Position numbers and translations under genes: made by a program. Positions 51,098 through 60,741 of a stretch of 64,000 bases of DNA are shown piece by piece. Position 1 is the first letter of the stretch. Each line of letters begins with the position of its first letter. Source of the stretch: Candidatus Eiseniibacteriota bacterium (GTDB lineage: Bacteria > Eisenbacteria > RBG-16-71-46); assembly GCA_041483195.1 (NCBI GenBank), contig JBGPFC010000005.1, positions 32,001 through 96,000 on the forward strand, given 5' to 3'. The notes under the pieces were generated by a model. It was not told the origin of the DNA, did no database searches, and saw only the letters and a program-made list of their open reading frames with translations.

Positions 51098-53170
51098 CTA
51101 GCGGCGTGGCGCGGCGGGCAACTGCGCGGCGGCCGGGAACTTCCTGCGGAGCGCGTCCACCCAGCCGTGTGCCTCCGCGTCGCGCGCACCCTCATCGCCG
51201 GAGATCGAGAAGTAGTGCTCGAACGATGCGACGGCCTCGAGATAACGCTCGTGCTGCAGCTGCACCATGCCCCAGCGGCGCCACGCCCCCGGCCACTCCG
51301 GCGCGAGCGCCCGCGCCGCGTACGCCTCGACCAGCGCGGGGGCTTCCGACGGAGCGGTGACGAGATAGAGATCCGAGAGCAGCGCGTGCGCCCCGGGGTC
51401 GAGCGCGTGGGCGGTGATGGCCAGCCGCGCCACCCCCAGCGCGCCAACGGTGTCGCGCGCGCGCAGGGCCGCGAGCGCGCGCGCGAGCTCGGGGGCCGGC
51501 CCCGGAGCCGGGGTGACTCCCGCGCGACGCAGCGCCTCGATCGCGGAAGCGCGATCGCCTCCATCGAGATCGATCCACGCCAGCCAGTACTGCGCCAGCG
51601 GATCTTCGGGAGTCTTTCCGATCTGGTAGAGGAGCGCCGCGCGCGCCGAGGCCGGCCGGTCACTCACCAGCGAGCCGGAGGCGAGCCGGTAGAACACATC
51701 GCCATCGGCTTCGCTCTCGCTCAACGAGTCGTCGCGGACTTCGAAGAAGAAGAGCGGCCCGCGCGTCGCCTTCTCGGCATCGAAGTCGGTCGCGAAGTAC
51801 GAGCGCAGGCTGGTGTCCCGATACGACCAGCGCACGACCGGCCCGTCGCCGGTTTGAAATCCCACGTTTCCCGCGAGCCCGGCGAAGAACAGCGTGCTGC
51901 GCGGCGGAACGACCGGGCGGGCCGCGCGGAGCTGCCTCAGGTAACGCTGCACCGTGCTCGAGGCGCGCGCGATGTAGAAGCGGTTGATGTGCGAACGGGC
52001 GCTCCACGCGTCGCGCACTGGCGCGAATTGGTCGAGCGCCGACGATCGCGCGGAGCCCGACGCGACGATCGCGACCACCGCCAACGCGAGGGCCGGGGGC
52101 CGCGGCGCGAGCCACGCGCCGAGCGCGAGCGCCACGCCACACAGCGCGAAGAGATAGTAGTAGGCGCTCCAGATCGCGGCGACCGGCGCGATCGGCAGCG
52201 TGCCCGCGAGCGCCCACACCAGCCCCACCGCGATCGCGCGCGCGGCGCGCGGCCCGCCCCGCGAAGCTCCGCGCGCGGGAGCGACCCAGGCCAGCGCGGC
52301 CAGCACGATCGCGAGCGGAACCACCGGCGGCCGCGCGCCCGCGAGCCGCGTGAATCCTCCGGTGCGCCATTCGAGCCCGACCGAGACCTGCGCGAGATGC
52401 GCGAGTGCGGCCAGCGCGCCGCCCGGGGTGATCGCCAGCGCATCGCCCGGGCCCCCGCGCGCCCGCGCTGCGACGAACGCCAGCAGCCCCCATGCGCCCA
52501 CCGCGATCCCGAGCGGCCACCCGCGTCGCGCCGCACGCGACCACGATTCACCGGGGCGCGCCTCCGCGATGACCGCGACCACCGGCGCGAGCAGCACGAC
52601 CTCCTTCGAGAGCGCGGCGAGCAGCAGCGCCGCGCCCGCCAGCGCTCGCCGCCCCGCGATGTGAAGCCGGATCGCGGCGAGCGCGCCTGCCACGGCGAGC
52701 AGGTCCTGGCTCCCGCTCGCCCAGCGCACCGGCACGTCCGCCGCGTAGTGCATGGCCAGCAACCCGGCGGCGATCAGCGCGGCGCGCGCGCCGGCGAGCC
52801 GGCGTGCCACGGAGTACGAAAGCGCGAGCACCGCCAGCCACAGGCCTAGATTGACGGCGTGAAAAACGGCGGGTGATTCGCCTCCCGCGCGCGCGACCAG
52901 CCAGAAGTAGAGCTGCCGTGAGACCGGCCGGTGGAAGTTTCCGATCGGATCGGGGGCGAGCAGGGCGGCCAGCCACGCGCGGCCGCGCACCGCATCGAGG
53001 AACAGGAAGTCGTCCGCGAAGAACGGGAGGCGGAGCGCCGGCCACCCGAGCCAGGCGGCGGCCGCCAGCAGCATGAGCAGCGCGAGCGGCGCACGCCACC
53101 CGCGATCGGCCCGCGTCGCGGGCGGCGCGGCGCTCGCTCTGCCGCCCGCGACCGCCGGCTCGCGGATCAC
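51098..53170 (-). CDS. Polytopic membrane protein, GT-C glycosyltransferase-like, with C-terminal TPR-like region
   Basis: GTGA overlap with the GH57 stop; FFADDF after TM1, HRPV, FHAVNL, ALLSKE; about 10 TM helices; helical C-terminus. Confidence 0.7.
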   Translation of the reverse strand: MIREPAVAGGRASAAPPATRADRGWRAPLALLMLLAAAAWLGWPALRLPFFADDFLFLDAVRGRAWLAALLAPDPIGNFHRPVSRQLYFWLVARAGGESPAVFHAVNLGLWLAVLALSYSVARRLAGARAALIAAGLLAMHYAADVPVRWASGSQDLLAVAGALAAIRLHIAGRRALAGAALLLAALSKEVVLLAPVVAVIAEARPGESWSRAARRGWPLGIAVGAWGLLAFVAARARGGPGDALAITPGGALAALAHLAQVSVGLEWRTGGFTRLAGARPPVVPLAIVLAALAWVAPARGASRGGPRAARAIAVGLVWALAGTLPIAPVAAIWSAYYYLFALCGVALALGAWLAPRPPALALAVVAIVASGSARSSALDQFAPVRDAWSARSHINRFYIARASSTVQRYLRQLRAARPVVPPRSTLFFAGLAGNVGFQTGDGPVVRWSYRDTSLRSYFATDFDAEKATRGPLFFFEVRDDSLSESEADGDVFYRLASGSLVSDRPASARAALLYQIGKTPEDPLAQYWLAWIDLDGGDRASAIEALRRAGVTPAPGPAPELARALAALRARDTVGALGVARLAITAHALDPGAHALLSDLYLVTAPSEAPALVEAYAARALAPEWPGAWRRWGMVQLQHERYLEAVASFEHYFSISGDEGARDAEAHGWVDALRRKFPAAAQLPAAPRR

Positions 53171-55311
53171 GCGCTCCACATCGACGCCCCGAAACTCTCG
53201 TCGGGAACGGAAAAGCGAATCAGATCCCCGCCCGGCAGGTGATCCACGGGCGCGCCGCCATCGAGCACCCGGACCATCAGCTCGACCGGTTCCCCGGCCG
53301 AGAGTCCGAGCGCTGCGAATGGCACCCCCAGCTCGAGCACATCCTCGATCACGCAACGCGCCCCCGGAACGGGCTGCGGCTCGCCGGCTCCCGCGTCGCG
53401 GGTGATGACCGTGGTCCCGCGCTCCAGGCGCCGCACCTCGAGCCGCACCGGGCGCGGCGTCAGGAATTCGAGCGCGAGGCCGAACGCGCCGTCGGGCGGC
53501 CCGTTCTCGACGAAATCGAGGCGCATGAAGAACTGCGCGGTGTCGAACCCGAAGTAGAGATCGCGCGCGATCCCGGCGCCGCGGTGCATCGAGCTTCCCC
53601 CCGCCCCCAGCCGGAACCGGCCCGCGGGATGCCACTCGTAGAATTGCGTGCGCCGCCCGTCCAGCACCGGATGCACGAGTCCGATCGGAGCCCGATACGA
53701 ATCCCGAGCCACCGCCGGCCGGGCGACGGGGACCTGCAGCCATGCCGGCGCCACGCGGCCCGCGCGCTCGTAGGTCGCCTGCAGGTGCTCTCGAAACAGG
53801 AGGTCGAACACCGGCTGGTCGGGGGTGTGATGATCGTCCCCGAACCACCAGAACCAGTCCGACCCCTCCGCCGCGTACAGACTCTCCCACGCCGCGGGAT
53901 GCGTCGCGTCGGAGGTCCGGCCCTCGACCAGCGCGCGCCGCGCGCGCGTCAGGAGTTCCCACGCGCGGTTCTTCTCCGGATGTCCGATCCAGACGTGGAG
54001 ATCGGCGTCGATCCAGGAGCCCGTGTGCAGCGCCGGCAACGGGTCCCGGGCCGCGGCCTCCGCGATCGTCTCGGACGGCGTGCGGGTGCGGATGTCGGGT
54101 GCGGTCGCGAGCGCCGCGTAGAGCGACTCTAGAAATGGGCCGCCGTCGTCCGCGTACTGCTCCCAGCAATTCTCCCCGTCCAGGATCACGACCACCAGCG
54201 GCGGGCGCTCGCCGCCGAACTCGCGCCCGACGCGGCGCACCCGCGAGATGAAATCGGCCGCCGCCTCGTCGGGCCGCCAGTGCGAGTACACGAAGCCGAT
54301 GCGATCGCTCAGCTCGTGATCGCGGAACAACAGCGTCACGTCGCCGGCGCGCGTCGCGAATCGCCACGGCCGGTAGAGCGCGGCGCGACGTCGTTCCGCA
54401 GGCGGCAGCGAGTGCCAGAGCACGCCCTCGTCGCTCGCGAGCCACCGGACGCCCTGGCGGGCCGCGAGCTCCGCGACCTCCGGACTCACGCTCCCCTCGG
54501 GCGGCCACATCCCCGCGGGCGGCGCGCCGAACACCTGAGCGTGGCGCGCGCGAGCGCGCGCGATCTGTCGGGCCGCATCCTCCGCACCGTCGAGACCCTC
54601 GGCGGGGACCGCGAGATCGGGACGCGCGCGGCGCGCCGATGCGAGATCGATCAGCAGCGGCAGGATGGGATGATAGTACGCGGACTCCGAGAGCTCGATC
54701 TGGCCGCGCTCCGCGAGCGCGCGATACGCCGGCAGAACCTCGGCCAGCAGCCGGCGATGGAGCGCGAGCAGATCATCGCGCGATTCCAGCGTGAAATCGC
54801 CGGGGCGCGCGAGCGCGCGCGCCGCCTCCGGTTCCGCGTGATAGAGCGGATCGAGCCACGCGAGCAGAAACCAGCATTCGAGCGCCAGCAGATCCTCGTC
54901 GTCGGGGAGCGTTCTCGGTGTCGCGCGGCGCCCGCGTTCGGACCGCCGCACCAGCGCCTCGAATCGCGGCCAGCGCTCGAGCGCATGGCGCGGCGCCACG
55001 GCGCAGCGCGCGGCGACTTCGGCGCGCTCTTCGTCCGCGAGCGCCGAGACCGGACGCGCGAGGAGATCGAACAGCGCATCTGGAGCCCCGGCGGCCGCGG
55101 CCTCCAGCTGATCGAGCAGCGATGGCACGAAGTTGAAGGCGGCACGCAGCCCGGGGTAGCGCTCCAGGCGGCGCGCCATGTCGAGGTAGTCCTTGGTGGC
55201 GTGAAGCCGCACCCACGGCAGCAGCGAGCGGCCCGATCGAGGGCTGCGGTAGTCCGGCTGATGGTGGTGCCAGAGGAAGATCAGATCGACCGGTGAGGCC
55301 GGCTCGCTCAC
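53167..55311 (-). CDS. Glycoside hydrolase family 57 (amylopullulanase-like)
   Basis: WHHHQP, YYHPILPL, WPPEGSV (nucleophile), ILDGENCWE (acid/base), AEGSDWFWWF; GAGGAG SD. Confidence 0.92.
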   Translation of the reverse strand: MSEPASPVDLIFLWHHHQPDYRSPRSGRSLLPWVRLHATKDYLDMARRLERYPGLRAAFNFVPSLLDQLEAAAAGAPDALFDLLARPVSALADEERAEVAARCAVAPRHALERWPRFEALVRRSERGRRATPRTLPDDEDLLALECWFLLAWLDPLYHAEPEAARALARPGDFTLESRDDLLALHRRLLAEVLPAYRALAERGQIELSESAYYHPILPLLIDLASARRARPDLAVPAEGLDGAEDAARQIARARARHAQVFGAPPAGMWPPEGSVSPEVAELAARQGVRWLASDEGVLWHSLPPAERRRAALYRPWRFATRAGDVTLLFRDHELSDRIGFVYSHWRPDEAAADFISRVRRVGREFGGERPPLVVVILDGENCWEQYADDGGPFLESLYAALATAPDIRTRTPSETIAEAAARDPLPALHTGSWIDADLHVWIGHPEKNRAWELLTRARRALVEGRTSDATHPAAWESLYAAEGSDWFWWFGDDHHTPDQPVFDLLFREHLQATYERAGRVAPAWLQVPVARPAVARDSYRAPIGLVHPVLDGRRTQFYEWHPAGRFRLGAGGSSMHRGAGIARDLYFGFDTAQFFMRLDFVENGPPDGAFGLALEFLTPRPVRLEVRRLERGTTVITRDAGAGEPQPVPGARCVIEDVLELGVPFAALGLSAGEPVELMVRVLDGGAPVDHLPGGDLIRFSVPDESFGASMWSA

Positions 55312-55339
55312 GCTCGTCTCCTCACCCGCCACCCGCGCG

Positions 55340-56008
55340 CTACGATGCTCCCGAGGTGAGCTCGCCCAGGTGAGTGCGCGCGCTGTTCGCGTACGAGGTC
55401 TCGCCAAACTCGTCGAGCAGGCGCCGCAGCAGGCGCTGCGCCTCGACGGGCTGATGGAGGGTCCGCTCGCAACGCGCCGCGGAGGCGAGGAATTCGGCGG
55501 AGGATTCGCGGTCGAACTTTCCGACCAGCGATTCGTAGAGGTCGGCCGCGGCCTTCGCCTGCCCCGTGCTCTCGAGCGCGTAGGCGTAACTGCGGCGCAC
55601 CGCGTCGCTCACCGCTCCGGTCTTCACCCGGTCCAGGAATCGGCGGTAGTAGTCGACGGATCCCTTGAAGTCGCCATTCCAGAAAGAATCGTCGCCCGCG
55701 AGACGCAGAGCGTCGGTGCCGCTGGGCGTCGAGCCGAACTGCTCGGCGACCTGTTTGGCCACCTGCAGCGAGCGGGTGTACTCGCCCTGCCAGAAGAGAA
55801 TGTTGCTCTCCGCGAGCTGTCCGGCCGCCTCCGCCTCCGCCGCCGCGCGCGCACGCAGGGTGAAAAAGGCGATGGCCGCGATCGCGGCGAGCGTTCCCAC
55901 CACCGCGAGCGCGATACGATTGTACTGGGTCCAGAACGCCGCGATCTGATCGAGGATCTGCGCTCCGGGATCCGCGATGTGCGCTCTGCGCTGCGAGGCT
56001 AATGACAA
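55340..56008 (-). CDS. Membrane-anchored TPR protein (YfgM-like)
   Basis: TTG start with GGAGG SD; single TM followed by TPR-like helices. Confidence 0.75.
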   Translation of the reverse strand: MSLASQRRAHIADPGAQILDQIAAFWTQYNRIALAVVGTLAAIAAIAFFTLRARAAAEAEAAGQLAESNILFWQGEYTRSLQVAKQVAEQFGSTPSGTDALRLAGDDSFWNGDFKGSVDYYRRFLDRVKTGAVSDAVRRSYAYALESTGQAKAAADLYESLVGKFDRESSAEFLASAARCERTLHQPVEAQRLLRRLLDEFGETSYANSARTHLGELTSGAS

Positions 56009-56101
56009 GCTGGGCCTCCACTTCGAATGCTCATTTCGCGCGATCCGTGAGAAGGTGCCGAAACCGGGAGGCAGGAACCCTAGCGGCTCGCGCCGGCACC
56101 G

Positions 56102-57232
56102 TCAAGCCGGACCGCACTGGACGCACACGACCGCGCCACGTGTCCGCACCAGCATCTCGGCCGGTTGCCCGCAGCTCGGGCATCCCGGCAGCGCGGGAGT
56201 CCCGCGCGCGACATCGACCCGGCTCACGAGGCGGACGCGCACCGCGCCCGCGCGCAATTCCTGTTCGAGATCGGCGACCGGCCATGACCACTCCGAGATG
56301 CCCCATACCCGCAGCTCGGTGCGGAGCGCCCAGCGCTGGCGCACCTCGGCGGCCCGGCGCTCCCATTCGAGCTTGAGCGAGGTCGCGTCGCCATGCTCGA
56401 TCTCGGACTCCTCCCCGTTGGTGCCGCTGCGCCGCCGCAGCCGTTCTTCCTCCTCCTCGATCCGCGCGGAGAAGAAGGCTCCGAGCCGGCCGAGCTCGTC
56501 GTCGCGCAGCTTCGACACCGCCCGTTCCCATTCCTGTTCGCGGCCGTCGAGGAGCCCGTCGAAATGGCGGCGCGCGTGCCGCATCCATTCTCCGCGCCCC
56601 GAGGCGTCCAGCGCGTCGCCGATCTGATAGAGGCCCTCGCGCGCGCGCACGCCGGGCAGATCGGAGTCCTTGTGGCTCTCGAGCAGTTCGCCGGCGGCGT
56701 CGAGCAACAGCACCCACGCCTCCTGCGATGGCAGCCCGCCCCAGCGCGTCACCACGCCGTGAAACGCGACCCGCCGCTCGTAGCGCACCGGACCGAGGCG
56801 CGCCGGGCCCCACACCAGACCGCGCACCTTGCACACCGACGCGAACCCGTCGTCGGGAGCGCCGGGCACGCGGGCGAGGGCGGTGCGACGCGTGCACAGC
56901 GGGATCTCGAGGGCCGCGTCGAGGATCCTGCGCCCCGCGCCGCTGCCGGGAGCTGTGAACCACGCGCCCCGCGGCAGCGTGGCGCGTTGCGGATCGAACA
57001 CCAGCCGCACGCGCTGGCGGCGCCAGCGGCGCCTGAGCGCTGGCGAGAGCTCGACCTCCCAGTCGCCGCGCGCGGCGGGGCTCACGCTGCATCCGGTCGA
57101 CGCGAGCCAGCGGCCGACGAATTCCCGCCACTCGGGCGGCAATGCCGTCGGGGCGACTCCGTGCGGCACGCGTGTGACGCTCGGCGCCGGCTTGCGCTTC
57201 CGGCGCGACGGGACCTGGGCGATGACGCTCAT
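56102..57232 (-). CDS. Hypothetical protein, YqhG-like partner of the SNF2 helicase, with C-terminal zinc ribbon
   Basis: ATGA-coupled to the helicase; charged coiled-coil segment; CPSC...CVQC. Confidence 0.7.
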   Translation of the reverse strand: MSVIAQVPSRRKRKPAPSVTRVPHGVAPTALPPEWREFVGRWLASTGCSVSPAARGDWEVELSPALRRRWRRQRVRLVFDPQRATLPRGAWFTAPGSGAGRRILDAALEIPLCTRRTALARVPGAPDDGFASVCKVRGLVWGPARLGPVRYERRVAFHGVVTRWGGLPSQEAWVLLLDAAGELLESHKDSDLPGVRAREGLYQIGDALDASGRGEWMRHARRHFDGLLDGREQEWERAVSKLRDDELGRLGAFFSARIEEEEERLRRRSGTNGEESEIEHGDATSLKLEWERRAAEVRQRWALRTELRVWGISEWSWPVADLEQELRAGAVRVRLVSRVDVARGTPALPGCPSCGQPAEMLVRTRGAVVCVQCGPA

Positions 57233-59166
57233 TTCTTTTCGTCCTCCAGGCCCGGGAACAACCAGCTCTGCCGGTCTTTCTGCTTCTGGTACAGCCGCCG
57301 CGCCACGACCAGGTGCTGCGCCAGCTCCGCGAAGCGGCGCTTGCGCACCCGCGGGTTGGTGGACTCGGTCCAGCGCTTGAACACCTCGTCCTCGAAGGAG
57401 CCGTGCGGCTGCCAGGTTCCGAGGATCTCCTCCATCTCCCCCACCACCAGCTCGAACATTCGGATCTTGCGATCGAGGATCTCGAGCACGTAGGCCTCGA
57501 TGGTCCCGCGCGCCGCGAGGTTGATGACGCGCACCGGATGCTCCTGGCCGAGCCGGTGCACGCGGCCGATGCGTTGTTCGACGCGCATCGGATTCCACGG
57601 CAGATCGAAGTTGATGACGATGCGGCAGAACTGGAGATTGCGCCCCTCGCCGCCGGCCTCGGTGCTCACCAGAATCGGAGCGGATCCCCGGAAGCGGTCG
57701 AGGGCCTCCTCCTTCTCGCGCCAGCCGAGCTCCCCATGGAACACGGCGGGCTCGATCCCCTGCGTGCGCAGCGCGCCGACGATGATCTCCTGGGTCGAGC
57801 GGAACTGCGTGAAGATGATGCTCTTCTCATCGCCGATCGCCCCCAGGCAGCGCAACAGCGATCGCACCTTGCTGGGAGTGCGGCTCGCTTCGGCGGCCCG
57901 CGCGGTCAGGAGTTTCAGCCTCCGCACGTCGAGGCCGTCGGGATTCTGGCTGAGCTTCTCGAGGGTCGAGGCCGCCGCCGCCCACGACGATCCCATTTCC
58001 TTCTGCAGCACCATGAGCGTAAAGTAATGCGGACGCCCGGGGCCGGCGTCGCCGTGCACAGCGTCGGCGACGAAGTCGCTGACCTGTCGGTAGAGCAGCC
58101 GCTCCGGCGGGGTCTGCGGAACCCACATCGTCTCGACCTTCCGCGGCGCGAATTCCAGGTCGGTGTCGGCGCGGCGGGTGCGAATCATCACCGACTCGAG
58201 CAGCGCCCGGAGTCGCGGCGTGTTGCGAGGCGTACGCTTGTCGTGACCCGTGAGGAAATCGCGGCGGAACTGCGAGAACGTTCCCACCGTCCCGGGCCGC
58301 ACCAGCGTCGCCAGGTTGTAGAGCTCGCGCATGTCGTTCTGCACCGGGGTCGCGGTCGCGAGCAACAGGTAGCGCGGGTTCAGGTCGTTGAGGAACTTCC
58401 AGCCGAGGGTCAGGTGGTTGCGAAGGCGGTGCGCCTCGTCGACGACCACCATGTCGTAGTTCGCGCCACGCACGCGCCGGCGATGGCGCTCGTGCCGGGC
58501 GGTCTCGAGCGACGAGATGACGAGAGGATGCCTGCCCCACTGTCCGGCCGGCCCACGCGACACCACGAAATCGAGCTCGAATTTCTCCCAGAGCTCCGCC
58601 CGCCATTGCTCGCACAGCGAGGCCGGCACCAGCACCAGCACGGTTCGCACCGCGCCGCGCAGCAGGTACTCCTTGAGCACGATCCCCGCCTCGATGGTCT
58701 TGCCGAGGCCCACTTCGTCGGCGAGGATCGCGCGCCCGTTCAGATCGCGCATGACCTTGAGACACGCCTTGATCTGGTGGGGAAAGCGCTCGACCCCGCG
58801 CAATGAATCGAGCGAGATGAGACGATCGCTTCCGACCCATCCCGCCCAGCGCTCGGCTTCGGCATGCAGCGTGAAATGCCCGGGCGGAACGCAGGCGTCC
58901 GCGATCCAGCTCTCGAGCAGCGCGTCCGCCTGGGGATGGAGCACGCGGGAGCGGTCCGTCGGCCGCGGGCTCTCGGGCGTCGATGGCACGTTGGTGTCCA
59001 CCATCTCCCACTCGCGCTGCGCGGAGAGCCGGCGCAATTCGCCGCCGAACACCACCTCGAGCACCTCCCGCCCGCGATCGGTGTGCACCTCGACGACCAG
59101 GCCCTCCCCGAACTGGGGGTGGCGCAGCCGCTGTCCGATCTGGTAACGGGTCGCCGTCAGCTCCAC
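57229..59166 (-). CDS. SNF2-family helicase (YqhH/RapA-like) with N-terminal Tudor-like domain
   Basis: LADEVGLGKT, DEAH, TATPVQN, STEAGGEGRNLQF, DLPWNPMRVEQRIGRVHRLGQ motifs. Confidence 0.92.
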   Translation of the reverse strand: MELTATRYQIGQRLRHPQFGEGLVVEVHTDRGREVLEVVFGGELRRLSAQREWEMVDTNVPSTPESPRPTDRSRVLHPQADALLESWIADACVPPGHFTLHAEAERWAGWVGSDRLISLDSLRGVERFPHQIKACLKVMRDLNGRAILADEVGLGKTIEAGIVLKEYLLRGAVRTVLVLVPASLCEQWRAELWEKFELDFVVSRGPAGQWGRHPLVISSLETARHERHRRRVRGANYDMVVVDEAHRLRNHLTLGWKFLNDLNPRYLLLATATPVQNDMRELYNLATLVRPGTVGTFSQFRRDFLTGHDKRTPRNTPRLRALLESVMIRTRRADTDLEFAPRKVETMWVPQTPPERLLYRQVSDFVADAVHGDAGPGRPHYFTLMVLQKEMGSSWAAAASTLEKLSQNPDGLDVRRLKLLTARAAEASRTPSKVRSLLRCLGAIGDEKSIIFTQFRSTQEIIVGALRTQGIEPAVFHGELGWREKEEALDRFRGSAPILVSTEAGGEGRNLQFCRIVINFDLPWNPMRVEQRIGRVHRLGQEHPVRVINLAARGTIEAYVLEILDRKIRMFELVVGEMEEILGTWQPHGSFEDEVFKRWTESTNPRVRKRRFAELAQHLVVARRLYQKQKDRQSWLFPGLEDEKK

Positions 59167-59177
59167 CTGGGCGCTCC

Positions 59178-59792
59178 CTAATAGCTCGCGTAGAACACGA
59201 GGCCGGCGGACAGCTGCACGTCGTGATTGACGACGCCATCGAGAAACACGGCGTGGTAGCGCGTGCTGAGATCGACCGCCCAGCTCTGCCAGAAGAAGTA
59301 CTCGATCTCGCCTCCCCCGCTCAGGAAGATGCCGTCGCCAACGCCCTTGCCCGACAGCTGGGTCTCGCCGTCGTTCAGCTTCTGGGTGATCTGCGCGAGC
59401 CCGATGCCGGCGCTCAGCATGCGAACGTTGCGGGTGCGCGTGCCGAACATCTGGTAGATCTCGGCGCCGGTCGCCAGGATCGCCGCGGACTTCGGCGCGA
59501 AGGTGCTGTCGGGCGGCTGCTGGACGCGAACGTCGAACCCATGCCGCTCGAACGTGAGACCCACCGCGCGCTCGTACCGCATCCGGTAGCGCATGCGAAC
59601 CGCGAAGCCGCCCCCCGAGCCGAAGTCGTCGCCGATGTCGCCCGACTTGAGCAGCGTCCCGAATTGACCCAGCATGCCGAAGCCCACCTGCCCCGGCCGC
59701 GGTAGCACGACGGTGGCCGCGTGCGATCCGCTTCCCACTGCGAGTCCAGCTGCGATCGCGAGCGCGATCATCGTTCGACGGTTTCCCGTCAT
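59178..59792 (-). CDS. Outer-membrane beta-barrel protein
   Basis: AAGGAG SD; signal peptide; amphipathic strands; C-terminal GLVFYASY. Confidence 0.75.
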   Translation of the reverse strand: MTGNRRTMIALAIAAGLAVGSGSHAATVVLPRPGQVGFGMLGQFGTLLKSGDIGDDFGSGGGFAVRMRYRMRYERAVGLTFERHGFDVRVQQPPDSTFAPKSAAILATGAEIYQMFGTRTRNVRMLSAGIGLAQITQKLNDGETQLSGKGVGDGIFLSGGGEIEYFFWQSWAVDLSTRYHAVFLDGVVNHDVQLSAGLVFYASY

Positions 59793-59820
59793 GCGACTCT
59801 CCTTCTGGGTGGACGTGCCC

Positions 59821-60741
59821 TCAGGGTCGAGGGTGGAAGGTGCGATGCACCTCCCGGAGATAGGCCCGGTCGAGATGGGTGTAGATCGCGGTGGTCTTGA
59901 CCGACGCGTGCCCGAGCAGCTCCTGGACGACGCGCAGATCGGCCCCGCCTTCGAGCAGATGGGTCGCGAACGAATGGCGGAGCGCGTGCGGATGCACGCG
60001 GGTCGCGATCCCCGCCGCTCGCGCGTGGCCATGCAGGATCTTCCAGAATCCCATCCGGCTCAGCCGCCCGCCGCGCGCGTTGGTGAACAGCGCGTCGTGG
60101 TGCGCGCGCGCGCAGAGCGTGGGGCGCGCGCGTTCGAGGTATTCGCGCAGCGCGGACTCCGCGGCGCGGCCGAACGGAACCTGCCGTTCCTTGTTGCCCT
60201 TGCCGGTCACCGTCACGCCGCGCGTCCGAAGCTCGAGGCTCCGCCGATCGAGCGCGCACAACTCGGAAACGCGCAGCCCGCTCGCATAGGCCAGCTCCAG
60301 CATGGCGCGGTCGCGCAGCGCGAGCGGAGACTCCCCATGCGGCTGGCCCAGCAGTCGCTCGATCGCCTCGAACGGGAGCGCGTGCGGAAGCCGCCGCTCC
60401 GGCCGGGCCGCGGGGAGCCGCGCGATCGGATCGTCGGGCCGTGCCCCGGTGCGCTCGAGGAACGCGTGATACCCGCGCAGCGAGGACCTGCGCCGCGCGA
60501 CGGTGCTGCCCGCGAGCCCGCGCTTCACGAGCGTCGCGAAGTAGCCGTCCACGAACGTCGCCGTCGCCTCCGTCCAATCGGCGAGCCGGTGCTGGCGCGC
60601 GAAGCCCAGGTAGTCGGAGAGATCGCGCGCGTAGCCGTCGAGCGTGTGGGCGCTCAGGCGGCGGCCGGTGCGCAGCTCATCGAGGTAGCGATCGACGAGG
60701 AGGTCGAGCCCGCTCCCGGGAGCCGGCGCGCGCATGCTCAT
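59821..60741 (-). CDS. xerD: Tyrosine recombinase XerD
   Basis: LAYASGLRVSE, GKGNKER, HPHALRHSFATHLL, VQELLGH, TTAIYTH: complete R-K-H-R-H-Y set. Confidence 0.88.
   Translation of the reverse strand: MSMRAPAPGSGLDLLVDRYLDELRTGRRLSAHTLDGYARDLSDYLGFARQHRLADWTEATATFVDGYFATLVKRGLAGSTVARRRSSLRGYHAFLERTGARPDDPIARLPAARPERRLPHALPFEAIERLLGQPHGESPLALRDRAMLELAYASGLRVSELCALDRRSLELRTRGVTVTGKGNKERQVPFGRAAESALREYLERARPTLCARAHHDALFTNARGGRLSRMGFWKILHGHARAAGIATRVHPHALRHSFATHLLEGGADLRVVQELLGHASVKTTAIYTHLDRAYLREVHRTFHPRP

Noticed and set aside
53171..54508. N-terminal half of the 1136-aa ORF 51098-54508
   Set aside because: Out-of-frame overlap with GH57 and Arg/Ala/Gly-rich; the likely start is GTG at 53170
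59821..60741. Tyrosine recombinase as a mobile-element integrase
   Set aside because: XerD-like length and motifs, coupled to uvrC, with no att repeats or cargo
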